64,000 bases of DNA, from positions 17,918,001 to 17,982,000 of the forward strand of contig OX597826.1 in the NCBI GenBank assembly GCA_951406725.2. The letters are read 5' to 3'. The notes beneath the pieces are model-generated. The model was not told the DNA's origin and did not search any database. It saw only the letters and a list, made by a program, of their open reading frames with translations. Both the position numbers and the translations under genes were made by a program. Shown here piece by piece: positions 1 to 13,979 of the stretch (the stretch's first letter is position 1; each line of letters begins with the position of its first letter). Source of the DNA: Octopus vulgaris. Its lineage: Eukaryota.

Positions 1-357
1 CATGCTGGAGCACCGCCTTTAGTTGAGCAAATCGACCCCGGGACTTATTCTTTGTAAGCCTAGTACTTATTCTATCGGTCTCTTTTGCCGAACCGCTAAG
101 TGACGGAGACGTAAACACACCAGCACCAGTTGTCAAACAATGCTAGGGGGACAAACACAGACACACAAACACACACATATATATACATATATACGACGGG
201 CTTCTTTCAGTTTCCGTCTACCAAATCCACTCACAAGGCTTTGGTCGGCCCGAGGCTATAGTAGAAGACACTTGCCCAAGACGCCACGCAGTGGGACTGA
301 ACCTGGAACCATGTGGTTGGTAAGCAAGCTACTTACCACACAGCCACTCCTGCGCCT
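1..357 (-). mobile_element. tRNA-derived octopus SINE (OR-type), 3' end cut off by the window edge
   Basis: Reverse complement of the gcaggagtggctgtgtggtaagtagcttgc...ggttcagtcccactgcgtggc head and body seen in the copies at 25281, 44171 and 46843. Confidence 0.85.
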
Positions 358-589
358 ATATATATATGTATAGAGTGTTTGACAATGGAAATGGATGGAT
401 GGATGGATAGATGGATAGATGGATGGATGAATGGGTGGGTGGCTATTTAGGTAGGTAGTCCGACGGATAGACAGATAGTTAGAGGGAGAGAGAGAGAAGG
501 GGTATCCCCACTTCCTATTCATTTATTTATTTATTTAGTCCATTGCAATGGAATGGGTTTAAGGATGGTGACCTCTTCAAAAAAAAATA

Positions 590-800
590 ATAATTCCCTC
601 TGCCAATGTGCAAGAATCCACAGGCAACATATCCAACAAGAAGAATTAAGCAAGATTCCATTAAGTAAGCATCTGGAAATATGCAGCAACAGAAAAATTC
701 AAAATTTTTCCCTTTTACAAATGTGCACAGGATGATCCGCAATACTGAAAAGCAACGGAACTACATTTCATCAAAGAATTCTCTCCAAAACGAAAAGTGT
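590..800 (+). mobile_element. Penelope-like GIY-YIG C-terminal fragment
   Basis: ARIHRQHIQQEELSKIPLSKHLEICSNRK..KIFPFYKC resembles the end of the GIY-YIG ORF at 18005-18292. Confidence 0.55.
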
Positions 801-922
801 TTGAACGAAAAGTGGAGACAGTACGTTTTGTAAGTGTTATACTAATGTTCTTTAATGCAAATTCATTAATTTGAAAGAGGCATGATCGAAGTTACACAGT
901 ATAAACATGGACATGTTCCAAA

Positions 923-963
<41 letters not shown>

Positions 964-1041
964 CACAGGAACATGAAAGGAACGAAAGCGCTAATAATAA
1001 TAATGAAGAAATAAAAAGATTTTTTTCCAAAATTCTGACAA

Positions 1042-1097
<56 letters not shown>

Positions 1098-1306
1098 GTA
1101 TACAAAGTATGGGGTTTAGTTCACAGGTGATCTAAACGATTAGGTATGCATTAGTAGGGCTCCAAGGTTATAGCTAAGACAGTAGTTATGGAGCCATTGC
1201 AGATTTCCAATGCAGCGGAGATATAACTGTTAAAGAGGACAAATGTTAAGGCAAGGCAAACATCGTAAGTCATATACATTATTATTATTATTGGAAAAAA
1301 TTCAAA

Positions 1307-1362
1307 GTCTTATAGCTGTTTCTGGGACACCCCAGAGTATGGGATATTCTGTCATCAGAGAC
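1307..1362 (-). ncRNA. Type I hammerhead ribozyme relic
   Basis: Minus strand: gtct-CTGATGA-cagaatatcccatactctggggtgtccca-GAAA-cagct-ATA-agac. Stem I is gtct/agac; there are mismatches at the base of stem II and in stem III. Confidence 0.55.
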
Positions 1363-2098
1363 AAATAGGGAAAATGAGAATGGTATATATTAATGAGATG
1401 ATGACATAGAGGAAGGAAGTAAAGGAATAAGATGGAGAGAGAGAAGAAAAAAGAAGCATAAAAGTTCATAGTTCAACTTTCCGATGTTGTAGAAAGAAGT
1501 GCATAAGTCCTTAGGTGCAATCCTGTGTAGAGCCATGTGGGTTAAAATCCTGATATTGTAAACATCCAGAGAAAAAAGACCTGAACATATCAACGTTCAA
1601 CAACAGAATTTGGATGGGTGATCATGGTCTGAATCCTTTATTACCGAGAGCTTCTTCTCCTACAGATTTGGTGGTCATGTCATGTTGGCTTTGTTTCTAT
1701 GAGTGAGTTTCCTTCCAATTGCCAACCCTTTTACCAAGTGTACAGGGTGCATTTTATCATGGTACGAACATTAGAGAACTAGAATATTCCTCAGTGAGTC
1801 ATAACTAAAGGAACATCACAAGAACTGCATAAATTAAGCACATTGAACATTTTGGAACAATAACTGTGTGTTGACAAGAGCCCTCTCTAGAGTCTACTTT
1901 GTCAGCTGACATGTCTTTCAGTACCTTCATCAAGATGAAAATGTAGTTATTCTCACTATTTCATTGTTAAATGCATGGAATTAGGAAGATACACAGCCCC
2001 AAATTTGTAGAACTTTCAAATTACAGTTAATGTGAAATTATGAGAAAAAACAAAATGTTTTTATAATTATAAAAATTATGCAAATATTTGTAATTTAC

Positions 2099-2268
2099 CT
2101 GAGGTTCTTGCTAAGGTTTCCCCAAATACACACTGATATACATTCATTATAGTGGTAATCTTGGTAATTAGAAGTTTCTGGATCAATATTTTGTAAGGCA
2201 CCCAGTAAACAGTCGTGGATGGAAGCATTTAATTTGATTTCCATCAACTTTTGCAAATCTTTGATTAT
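2099..2268 (-). CDS. DNAI7: DNAI7 coding exon 7 ([16 protein letters not shown]...[11 protein letters not shown])
   Basis: Acceptor cttgtgtctcag, donor CAG|GTAAAT, 170 nt, ends in phase 2; W.NLSKN.R motif. Confidence 0.92.
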
Positions 2269-5200
2269 CTGAGACACAAGCAAGAATATTTACATATATA
2301 TAAATTCTCAATAAGCAATGCAATGTTCACATTCATATACCCTGATGCTATAGTTTCAGTTGCAACCTCTTTTAAACTCTACAACTTAATCCATAGATCT
2401 GAATATTACATTTATTCATTTTTATAAAACTGATTTTTCCATCATATTCCTGTGCTGTTACTAGTGAGCCATGTAGTTGTTTAACTAGATGTTCTTACAC
2501 TTGCATCTATGAAGAGAGTCTGAGATCAATTATGTAGACTGGAGTGGCCAAAATTACATGCCTTGCTCAGGACCACAAATTTTATTTTTACTTGCCGAGT
2601 CCAGAAGAAGGATCAGAGCTTCAGAGACTAATGAGCTTGATGCGGCTAAGGTTGTTTAAACTATTGCAGGTCAATAGTTGCAGGTAAGACATGAGAAGGG
2701 AGAAGGTTCTAGGCAGCCAATATTCTGGGAATGAAAAAGCAGGCATAATGGTTAGTATGAGGTTGGAAAAAAAGGGGATGCTTAAATGCAAGGGTGACAA
2801 AAGATGGAGAGATGATTTGGACAGGTGTGCCTGAGACTCAAGTCCAGCTAGTTCTGAGGAACAGAGGTCATTATAGTTGTGATAGAAAAGACTGAGAAGA
2901 GAGAGCACACCTGTGAGCCAGAGGCTGGAGTCAGGTGAGTACCTCATCTCTGGATGTGGTCCAGGATATCTTCATGCATAGCAGCACATCTGAGATGGTG
3001 CTATGCACCGTCCTGCATATGGAAGCAGTACATCATTGTAGATTTCATTTGAGCCATGTAGAGTGTCAGCAATGCTGGGGGTTGAAATATTTTCTGGCTC
3101 TGCAGAAAAGAAACAGTCTTTGGGATGCTATCCTAGCTATGACAAGGATGTGCTTTCACAAGGGGATCCTCAGTGATAATGAGGCCAAGCATCTGAAGTG
3201 ATTGCAAGGGCTCTAGCTGGGTGCTTAGGAGGGGTACAATAATAGTTTCAAGATGTGAATGTGTCTGAATTATTTGGCCGTCAAAAGAAATAAAATTGGT
3301 CCCACTGGTGGATGCTCCAAAAGTCTCCATTCATGGAATCAATTCAGGTTTGGCATGTAATATCTAGATTGCATGCAGATGATGCATGGTCAAAGAAGGT
3401 TTATGGAAGAATGAAAGGTTGTATCATCTGCTTTAGAGTGAGCATTGCAGGATATGACAGCAAATAAGTCGTTAATAAGTAAGTGATCTGGTTCTGTAGA
3501 AGCTGTACAAGTTGTCACAGAGGAAAGAGATGCGTTCAAAGTATTGGTATTGGGAAATGTCATTGTTTATGGCTGCTTCCATTATATTGAAGATGTTAGA
3601 AGTACATTGAGACAATACTAGGAATGTTAAAAATAAAAACTGCCTTTCTTTGGAGTGGGGGACATACTAAGGAGTGCATCCAAACATCAGGGTGTACCCC
3701 CATAGGAAATGGAGATTAAGAATTTAGTGAGTATAGAAACAAGTTCTGGAGTGCAATGGAAGGGATATGGCTGGGATTGGCGATCTTAAGCAACCAAAAG
3801 TATTTCTGCACTTGCAAGGTGGGGAGCCAGGTGAGGTGGAAGGGGTTGAAAGAAATTGGCCAAGGGTATGGAGTTGGATGCAAAGTGGACTGCAAAGGAC
3901 AAGACTTTATCTGCAGTTATGGAAGCATAGTTGTTTAGAAAAGGAGGAAAAGAGAATACTACAAAGATAGTTGAGATTCTTTTGGCAGATGACTAGGATA
4001 GGCTCCAGTTTTCAGCAGGTGTAGAAAAGATCAAGACGCAGAGGTGTCATACTTGAAACTTTCCTTTACCTGTGGGATATGTATAAGAGTTACTCTGTTA
4101 GGTGAATGCCGCTCAATTTTGTGGAGTAGCTGAAATTTTCCAGGTATTGTTGGCATTTTTCTGTCTGAACAGCTGCAGTACAGCTATGAGTAAACCACTT
4201 AGGGGTCTTGGCAGCGGTGAACCATGAAGTCTGGTGTAACAGTAAATTCCATTGTCTCGACCATGGTCGAACAATGATGATGATAGGGGTCTTAGAACAT
4301 CAAGGTTTTTTGCTTTTTTTTTTTGTTGTGTGTGTATGGTATGTTGGAAGGAATACCTAGTCAGATGCGTAACTGTTTCTAATGAGTCAGTAGGGAATTA
4401 TCCCCAAAATAAAATAAATCAAAACTTGTGGACTTCTGACTTGAAATGCCATAGGGTTCAGGTGGAGGTTGGGGTGTTACAGAGAGACAGTGACCAGAGG
4501 ATCTCTGATAGATGCAGGGACAGTTATGAGATTGGCAGAGGTGAAGTTTTAAAGTGAGAAAACGACCAAGAGTGTTTGGGGTGTGTGTGCGTGTGGGTTG
4601 GAGGTGAAATGGTTTGATGGAAACAGCTGATAATAGCAAAACATTCAGCTTTTGCCCTGACAGTCACAGTATGGGATAAATGTAATAGCCATGAGGACAA
4701 TGAAATGAGAAAGGTAAAATTGATGTTCTCAGTGCAGGAGAAGATATGGTCAAAAAGATGCAAGTGTTTTGATATTTCTGAGAAGGGTACCGAGGCACAT
4801 GTATTGGGGGGGGGGTACTTTGAGTTAGAGAAACTGGAAAAAAACCACAAACTTACAAAGGAAATTAAATTGTTACACAAAAGAGATTTGTTGCAAAAGA
4901 AATATGTTTGAAGCTGTTACATAAAAGAAAATTGCATTGAAAGTGTTAAATATTATTGACCAGAATATATTCAGTAACATTTACCAATTTATGTTCTCAA
5001 AATTGAGAAAAAAAACAAAACGAAAGAGAGATTTTATGACTCCATGTAATACAGACAAAATCATTTTTAATGTTTCAGGCTTACATACACTCAAGAATCT
5101 ATTATTCACTCATATTTCTACACAGAAACTTAGTATTCTTTGTGCACAATTTTTTTTTTTTTTAATATTTGAGAGCACAAGACAGTGAGCTGGGAGAATT

Positions 5201-8200
5201 CTAAGGACACCAGGCAGAATGCTTAGTGGCATTTCATCCGTCTTAATGTTCCGAGTTCTAATTATACCAAGGCCAACTTTGCCTTTCGTTCTTTTAGGGC
5301 TGATAAAAGAAGTACCAGTGGGACTCTAGGGTTGATGTAATCAACTTATGCTCTCCCCTGAAATTGCTGGCCTGATACCAAGATTTGAAACCAATATTTG
5401 AGAGCACACTTAGTGAAGTGAACAGTGGCTGCATTTAATCCAAGCATTCCATTTTTTCTTTCATACACTGGCTATAAATGATTTCATTAATGAGAATGTC
5501 ATTTTAAATTAATTAATGGGATATTTATTTGAGAGAGATTTGGTGGCAATTTCTATCCGGTTGAGCAACCAGCTGTTGGCTTGTGAAGCTTCTGAAGCAA
5601 AACTTTTGTTTGGTGAGGAGAGAAAACTTGGTAAAGACTGACAGAAGAGTGACATTTTTAAATATTAGATCCTTTTGACAAAAGACTAGAAATTTCAGCT
5701 GTAATTAGTGAATCACAGAAATGTGCAGGCTGTGTGATGGACAGAAACAACTTTTTTCTCTTAAAAGTCATTTTCTAAATATAATGATGGATGAATTCTT
5801 CTAAGCTATGATGAAGGATGATTTCGTCAAGGTGTTTTTGCTAATGCATTTCATTTATACAGCTGGCTTAGGCAGTATAAAGAATGTGGAAAGGTATTGC
5901 ATGGCAGATAGTTTAGTATGGATAATTTTAAGAGAGATTTGTGCCTTAGTAGAGGTTTTTTGGATTGAAGTCTATAGATTATCCATTTTAACCCTTTTCC
6001 CATTTATCACACCAGAAGAAAAATCTAAATAGAAATACATTATAACCACAAGATAATTCATAAATCTCAATAAGAGGTGATACTAACATTTTGGTATATA
6101 ATGTTCTCCTGTTCTGTACATGGTTCTGTCTGTGCAGTTAAATCAACAAAATTGTTTAGTTCCTCTATCAACTGTAAATAGAAAATATTGAGACATGTTT
6201 GAAATGTAATATTTGTAGACCATTACACTTATTTAAAATCATGACTAGAAAAACTGAACAGTGTCACCACAAGGAAACAAGAACTTATAGTTTCATTTGG
6301 ATCAAAGATTTGCTATGACTGATGTGACTGTGTGTGATGCAAGAAGGCAAAATGCCATAAAATACTACATGCCATTTTAAATCTTTTATCTTTTAATTGT
6401 TTTAGTCATTAGACTGTGGCCATGCTGGGGCACCGTCTTGAAGAGTTTTAATGAAACAAATCAACTCCAGGACTTATTATTTTAAGCTTAGTACTTATTA
6501 TATTGGTCTCTTTTGCCAAAATGCTAAGTTGCAAGTACATAAATAGACCAACACTGATTGTTAAGCAGGGGTGGGGGACAAAGTCTGCACTATAACACAT
6601 AACACTACTATTGTTGAAGAATGCTGCAATATACAGTTTAAATTCAAAAATAGTCTGACTGGATGTTAGCCCAATTTAGAACAAGGAATTATGATTGTTA
6701 ATATCTTGCTGTGATTGATTCCAGGAGATTACAAATGTTTGGTGTAGTATTTGACTACATCAAATGAGTTTGAAAGCCAAACATGAAACTGAAGAACATT
6801 CTAATAAAGTAATGATTGTAATAAGAGAAATGTCTCATCGCTGCATCTGTTGTTAGGAAATCTTATGATGTTCACTGCGGTGTTGATGAGTTTTGCTATG
6901 AAGAAAGTTAGAAATAGCAACAGAAACAAAAATCTAAAGACATTTATAGATCATTAGTACAATTTTAAATATTGATTTCTCTTTTTACTAGGAACAACAC
7001 AAATTTCTGCAAGTGAGTTAGTATAATCAATTGAACCAATTATATTGGTCTGATTCAATCAATTCAATTGATTATACTGGGTTGATTTAATAGAATTGAT
7101 TATACCGAGCTGATTCAATCAAAACCAAATGATGCAAATAATACAGTCTGTGACTGCACTGTTTCTGCCAGCTCACTGCCATTTAGAATTTTTAATATTA
7201 TCATATTATCATCTCATAGCAATCTTTGACACACTCACAGCTGCACATATTGATTATAAAACAGATTGCAGCATCCTGAATACATAATTTATTGATACTT
7301 GATGTGCTGAAGCCATATTCAGTAAAGTGCTAATTAAAACATGATCAAGTGATTGAGTCAATAATCTACCAATACTTGACATGGTTTTAGAAATAGAAAT
7401 AGTAACAGCATCAAATAGTATTGACACGATCAAAGAAATTAAGGAGAAAATCTAAGAGAATATCAAGACACTTTGCTAAATTAACAAATTTTAAGATTTA
7501 ATAAAAGCACAATTATACTGTGATGAATTTTGGAAAAGTTTACAGAAGCTAGTTTCTGATTTGACTTTGCAGAATTTCAGAAAACAGAAAGGATGATTAT
7601 TCTTCAGTCAGTCTGTTTCATTGTAAAGCATATCACAATACATACATACATGCATATACATATATGTGTATGTGTGTGTACACACACACACACACACACA
7701 CACAGACACACACACACATATACACATGTGTGTGAGTGTGTGTATGTATAGGTAGATACTTAGTTATAGACAATGACACACTAAATGTGAAGACATTTAA
7801 AATATATTCCGTTTTCTTTTAATAATTAAATTGTTCTGTTGACAATTCAACCATCTTCATCTAAGCTAGCTACATGAAGGAAGGTGAATCAGTGAGTTAA
7901 TTCTGCAAGATGTTAAGAATATGGTGACATCCCATCTCTATACTATGACACTCTTAGACAGAACTAAGTGCAAATATAAAAACCAACCAAAACTTCCTAA
8001 ATTTCAAATTTCAAAGAACAAACCATAAAGTCATTTCCACTTTTTTGGTGTGTCATCAATAGCAAAGCATAGACTCACAAACTAGTTTCATTAACAGTTA
8101 GTCATGGATTCACAAACCAACCCCATTAACAGCAAGCTATGAGCTTACAAAAAGACCTCATTAACAGTCAACCATTGACCTAAGGAAAAAAAGCCCACTT

Positions 8201-11200
8201 GAAATGAGCATCTGACACATATACCCTGTTTGATGATGTCTTGCTTCAACAATGCATGCGTGAAATATTTCTCTACAATATTATGATTCTGGCAGGATTG
8301 TTAGTACGCAAGGAAAAATGCTTAGCAGAATTTCGTCTGCCTTCACGGTCTGAGCTCAAACACAGCTGAGGTTGACTTAGCCTTTCATCCTTTCAGGGCC
8401 AATAAAATAAGTACAAGTTGAGTACTGGACTCCATGAAATCAACTATTCCACTTCTCGAAACTTGCTGGCCTTGTGCCAAAAATTTGAAATCTGTATTCT
8501 TCTTCTGTGTCTTCGTAGATTAAAACATGCATCAACTGTGTCTCATTACCCCCAAAACACACCTGTAGTATATCTGTATCAATAAAACAGTCATTGATCA
8601 CTACATACTAACATGCACGTGCATCTCTATACAACAAAACACATCTATTTAACAGCTCTACACACCAACATTCACACCTAGCATTTGTCTACAAACTAAC
8701 ATACAAACCAAAGTGAACAAAAATGTCCCAGATCTCTACACAACAACACACAACTGTTGTAATCCTGACAGAGTATAAATTAACAAGGAAGCCTCTACAT
8801 CAGTGCTTCTCAACCATTTCTTTCCTGTAGAACCTTTTCCTTCCTATTTTATTCAGGTGGACCACCATAGCCATTCAATGATCAAAAATATCTCATATTT
8901 TTAACATTAAATATTATTAAGAACTGTATAAAAAAAATTATTTTGTGTATTATAAGGAATATAACCAATTTATTACACATGAATTTTAACTACAAAATCA
9001 TATATGGACCCTTAAGGGTCACCTGGATCCGGGTTGAAAACCACTGCACTACATAGTCACTTGGGCTGCTAGAAATAGTAACCAGATCCCCTCAAATCTT
9101 ACTTTAAAAAAAGGAGAAACATACTGAGTAATGTAGTCCTAGACGTACAATGCTGGAATACCTTTGACCATAAATCTACTCAGTAAGAGCTAACCTGAGG
9201 TTAAACAGAATGACAAATAATAAACATAATTATAAAGGTAGGAAAAAAAGGCATTGAAAGGGTGATGTATAGCCTCCATGCAAAGAAATTTTTTCACAAA
9301 TTATAGTGTGGCTTACAATGCGTTACTTAGCCAAGCTTTTTAATTAAACTGAATTAATTTTTTTTAAAAGTTTTACCATTAGAGGTATTTATATTCAGGT
9401 GAAATTAAGAAACCAACTCATATCTAAATGAAAGCCTCAAATCCATCAGTGTATACACACGCGTGCGAATGCATACATTCAGTCGCATATCTACGTACAT
9501 ATGTATGTATGTATGTATGTGTGTGTGTGTATATGTACCCACATGTGTCTATGCGCATAGGTACAACATGATTTATACACATATGGAAAAGAAAGAGAAC
9601 AAAATACTATGACCATTTGCTTATTGGGAAATTGGTAAATGAGATTTCTTTTTAATTAAAATTTTTTTTTAAAGGATAATCAAACCAAATGTTCATCATT
9701 TTGAGCCACTTACCCAATGAGTATTTCTGCCAAATTTGGTAAAAATCCGTTCAACCATTTTCCAGTAATTTTGCAAACACACAGACAAGCAAACAAAGAG
9801 GAGTGATTACAATACCCTGATTTCGCTTATGCATGCAGGCTAATGAAATGAGCACTTACTGCCAAATTCAGGAGACTGTTTTCTAACACTGTTTCAATAT
9901 CATTGTTTTCATCATCTTCAAGAGCCAGGCTCATATATGTATTGATTTCTTTTTGTATCGTGGGATCAGGAGTTCCATCACATCTCATAAAACGCTCCCA
10001 CTATAAACAAACAGAATTTAGTATACACAATTAGTAAGGATTACATATCTAAAAAAAGAAAACTTATTATTAGAGAAGTATCAAAAGGAAGTTTGATAAA
10101 TTGGAAATATATCAAGTTGAAATGATAAAAGCACAATTTCAAACCAAAAATCAGAGAATAACCCATTTAGTTATCACACACATTTGGGGGTAGTTCCTCC
10201 CTCTCTTAAACATTCTCCTCATTCAGCAAGAAGTTGCTGAACAAGGAGAATGTATAAGAGAGGGAGAAACTACCCCCAAATAGAGTTAATAAAGGGACAG
10301 CTGTTGAAGCTGATACCTTAAAGATTGGAGAAACATATGTTTGGGAAAGAAATGTCAAGCATTTCAAGAGGCAGGAACCTGTCAAAAAGGAACACCAAGG
10401 AAAATATTGGAAGAAGTGCTGAAGCCTGATTTTATGAAAGAGATAACAAAGGTACTGAGCTGGACAAGACTGGTCCAACACACACAAGCAGGGGAAAATG
10501 GACATAAAATGATGATGATAAAAAAAAAAAATTATAAATGTGTGTTTGTGTGTGTTTAAGGAGGTGGCTAAGTGGTTAGGGTGTTACATTCATGATTGTA
10601 AGATTGATGTTTCAATTCCTGGAGTGAGCAGTGCATTGTGTTTTTGAGCAAAACACATCATTTCATAGCTCCAGCCCACTCAGCTGGCAAAATTCCTGTG
10701 ATGGGAGAAATGACATCAATATGAAGTGCTGTTGCTTCATCAGCTACAAACAGCCCTAAGAATGAAATTATTCTTATCAAAACAGTATACAGTAAATTTG
10801 CCGATCTGTGTAAAGCTTGGTCAAGCTAGAATTAAATAATGTTGGACAAAGCAGCAGTGAATAAAAAATATTTGTGCATTTGGACATAAGAAGTGTAAAG
10901 ATATGTGTTCATAGCTGATGAAGTGAGAAGATGCAGGAATGTAAATGTCCCACATTCCAATAACATCATTCACAGCTCAGAAAAGGATTTTCAGCTGGGA
11001 CTAAGAGCAGGTCTTTTCACATCTGAATACACTCAAGTTAAAAATGACTTTACACACATATAAAATTTATAAGTTGCTGTAGGTATAACTGCAATGAAAA
11101 CTGTCTGAAAATTATGATGGTTGTGCATGTGATTGAAATATCTAAACAGATTCAGTAAGGGATTTAGAAGTAGTTGTGCTGTTATTAGACAAAAATGTTG

Positions 11201-12025
11201 ATAATCACTGCAGAAATATACATTACTGGGCTGATTGTACAAACTTGGTTTGTAGCTTTTGTAGAATTTGAACTCAGAACGTAACAGCAGATGAAATACC
11301 GCTAAGCATTTCGCCTGGCACGCTAATGTGTCTGCCGGCTCGCCTTATATATATCAAATGTGAGGATAAAATTCTTTTCGAAAAAAATATTTTCTCGAAA
11401 AAAATCTTATCAATGGCCAGCATATTAAAAAATACCTTTAACGGTTAAATTTATAAACAATTCATAAATGAGGGCAAAGGAAAAAATTTCTAATGCCAAA
11501 TATGCCGAAAAATTGGACATATTGTCCATTAACCATATAATTTTTTCACAATACGCACGCTACTCGAAAAAAGGTCGACAGAATTTTCTAAAAAAGTCCA
11601 TTATTACCATATCGGACCGATTTCAGAGTTAGCTACTAAGAGCCCTCTCTTCGTCAGTGATACATGTGGCAAAAGAAATAAATGAGATACTTACTCATAC
11701 CCATGGAAGAAGCAAACACTAAGTCATGAGCACAATTAAGTACCCCAAATACTTCCAAAATAGAAATACTCCAGCCCACATATACACACACCCATCTTCG
11801 TGCTTTGTTTTTTTTTTGTAAATTCTCACTACATATATATATCATCTGTGCACTTGTGTGTATGTGCGTGTTTGAGTACCCATGTCTTGACATCATGGGA
11901 CAGCTGAATGAGCATACATCACTGACCATCAGACAGACAATGTTGTTCGTTTCCAGTCTTCTGCCTGACCCATGCAAGCATGGAAGAGTGGAAAGGAGAA
12001 TACTAAAACAATCACAATGATAATG

Positions 12026-12076
<51 letters not shown>

Positions 12077-12428
12077 CAGTGTACTACATGTCAATAAATT
12101 TTAGATGAGTTATAGCTAGCTTAGTATATTCATTCTATTATGTTTTGTGAGTCATTATCAGTTCAGAACAGACAATTGGATTTGTGATGAAGGTTAGTTC
12201 TCCAGCAGCATCAACTGATGTGGCAGTGAGATAATAAAGCAAAATATAATTTTACAAAACAATAAAGAAAACTACTCACCCTTTCTTCCTTATGCCTTTG
12301 CCAAAGCACATCTTTGAAATATCTTTCCTGTTCAATCGCCATTTCATCAATTTCCCGAAGTTCTACCACTCGTTGTTTCCTTTCCTTTAGGAGAAAATTT
12401 AGTAAACATACATGTGTACACACACATA

Positions 12429-12498
<70 letters not shown>

Positions 12499-12658
12499 AA
12501 AATAGGAAAAATGTTTTGGTATTTATTTTCCATTTTTCTCTTTTGTTTCTTTAATTCTCAATTTTAATATGTATTTTGATTAACATACAACAATAACTAT
12601 GGATATGTATTGAATGTAATAATGGAATAAGCAAATGTGTTTAGAGGAAAAAGGTGCA

Positions 12659-12709
<51 letters not shown>

Positions 12710-13935
12710 AATGTATGAATGAATTATCCTTTGTTTCCAGTTAACACAGAAAATTCAATAAACAGTTACCAGGGTAGCAAAATTCACGCAAGTAACAAGG
12801 ATGTAGCGACCTATTCAAAAGTAGAAACACTGGGTTAAGGTGCAGTAATTTGTATAGTATAAGTAAATAAATAGAGTTGAACGCAGGTGTTATTCAAATT
12901 CTTTTACTTTCGACATATGTTTCGAACACAACATTGGTTTTATTCCAAAGGAATAAATGGTTTAAAATAATGTAATCTTCTCATCAGGAAAGAAAGAGAA
13001 CCCATCTCAACAACAAGACATTATAACAATTTTGATGACTGCATAAATGATAAGGGTATATCTATACTGGGTGTGGTGAAAAAATTGTCATCTAAATTAC
13101 GCAAAAATGAAAAGAACACTGACATCGTATTTTAACAGATATATTTACCAATATTACATAAAAATATCTTGAAATTTGTTCAATAAAATTGCCATTGGTA
13201 TCAATCATGGCTTCCACACAACTTCAGAACCTCCTGCTTCTCTTCTGGATGGTCTCCTTATTTAAGTTGGTGAATGCTGCCATAATCTTTGCCTTCAGTT
13301 CATCTTTGGTGTTACAAATTTTGTTTGTCTCTTGCTCAACTGTGCCCCACACATAATAATCAAGGGGGTTGCAGCCTGGGGAGTTAGGTGGCCAAATGTT
13401 TGGGGTGATGTGGTCACAGAAATTGTCTGACAACCATGACTGGGTTCTCCTGCTTGTGTGGCATGGTGCAGAGTCCTGTTGCCAAACATAGAGTCTTCCA
13501 ACAGCCAACTTCTTGACCCAGGGCAGCACTACCTCCTCCTGGCACTTGATGTAGGCCTCTGCATTGAGTCTGAGACAGTGTGGGAAGATGAATGGAAACA
13601 TAACATCGCCATCACTAATGATCACTCCAAATGCCATGATGTTGACTGAATGTTTGATTTTTATCACTCTTGGTACATGTTTTGGGGACTCAGATTGACA
13701 CCCAACACTTCGAAATGTTTGTATAGGAGCTTTCGGCATGAATGCCAAGCAGTACAACATGTCATTTCCAAATTTCTGGTAGAGTGAATTGTGTCATGGC
13801 ACTGTTTTTCTCACAGACAATGCCCAACTGACCCTACTATACTGTGTAGTTGATAAAATGAAAAACAAACAATGTGCATGCATGAAATTAAAAATATAAA
13901 ATGGCGACAATTTACCCAACTGCATCCTGTATATA

Positions 13936-13979
<44 letters not shown>

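Noticed and set aside
280-357. tRNA genes at SINE heads (A/B-box-like ggttcagtccc)
   Set aside because: These are tRNA-derived heads attached to SINE bodies and do not form a complete cloverleaf.
1-2098. Next DNAI7 exon (needs phase-2 entry)
   Set aside because: The candidate acceptors I inspected lead to stops or lack similarity, so the exon probably lies outside the window.
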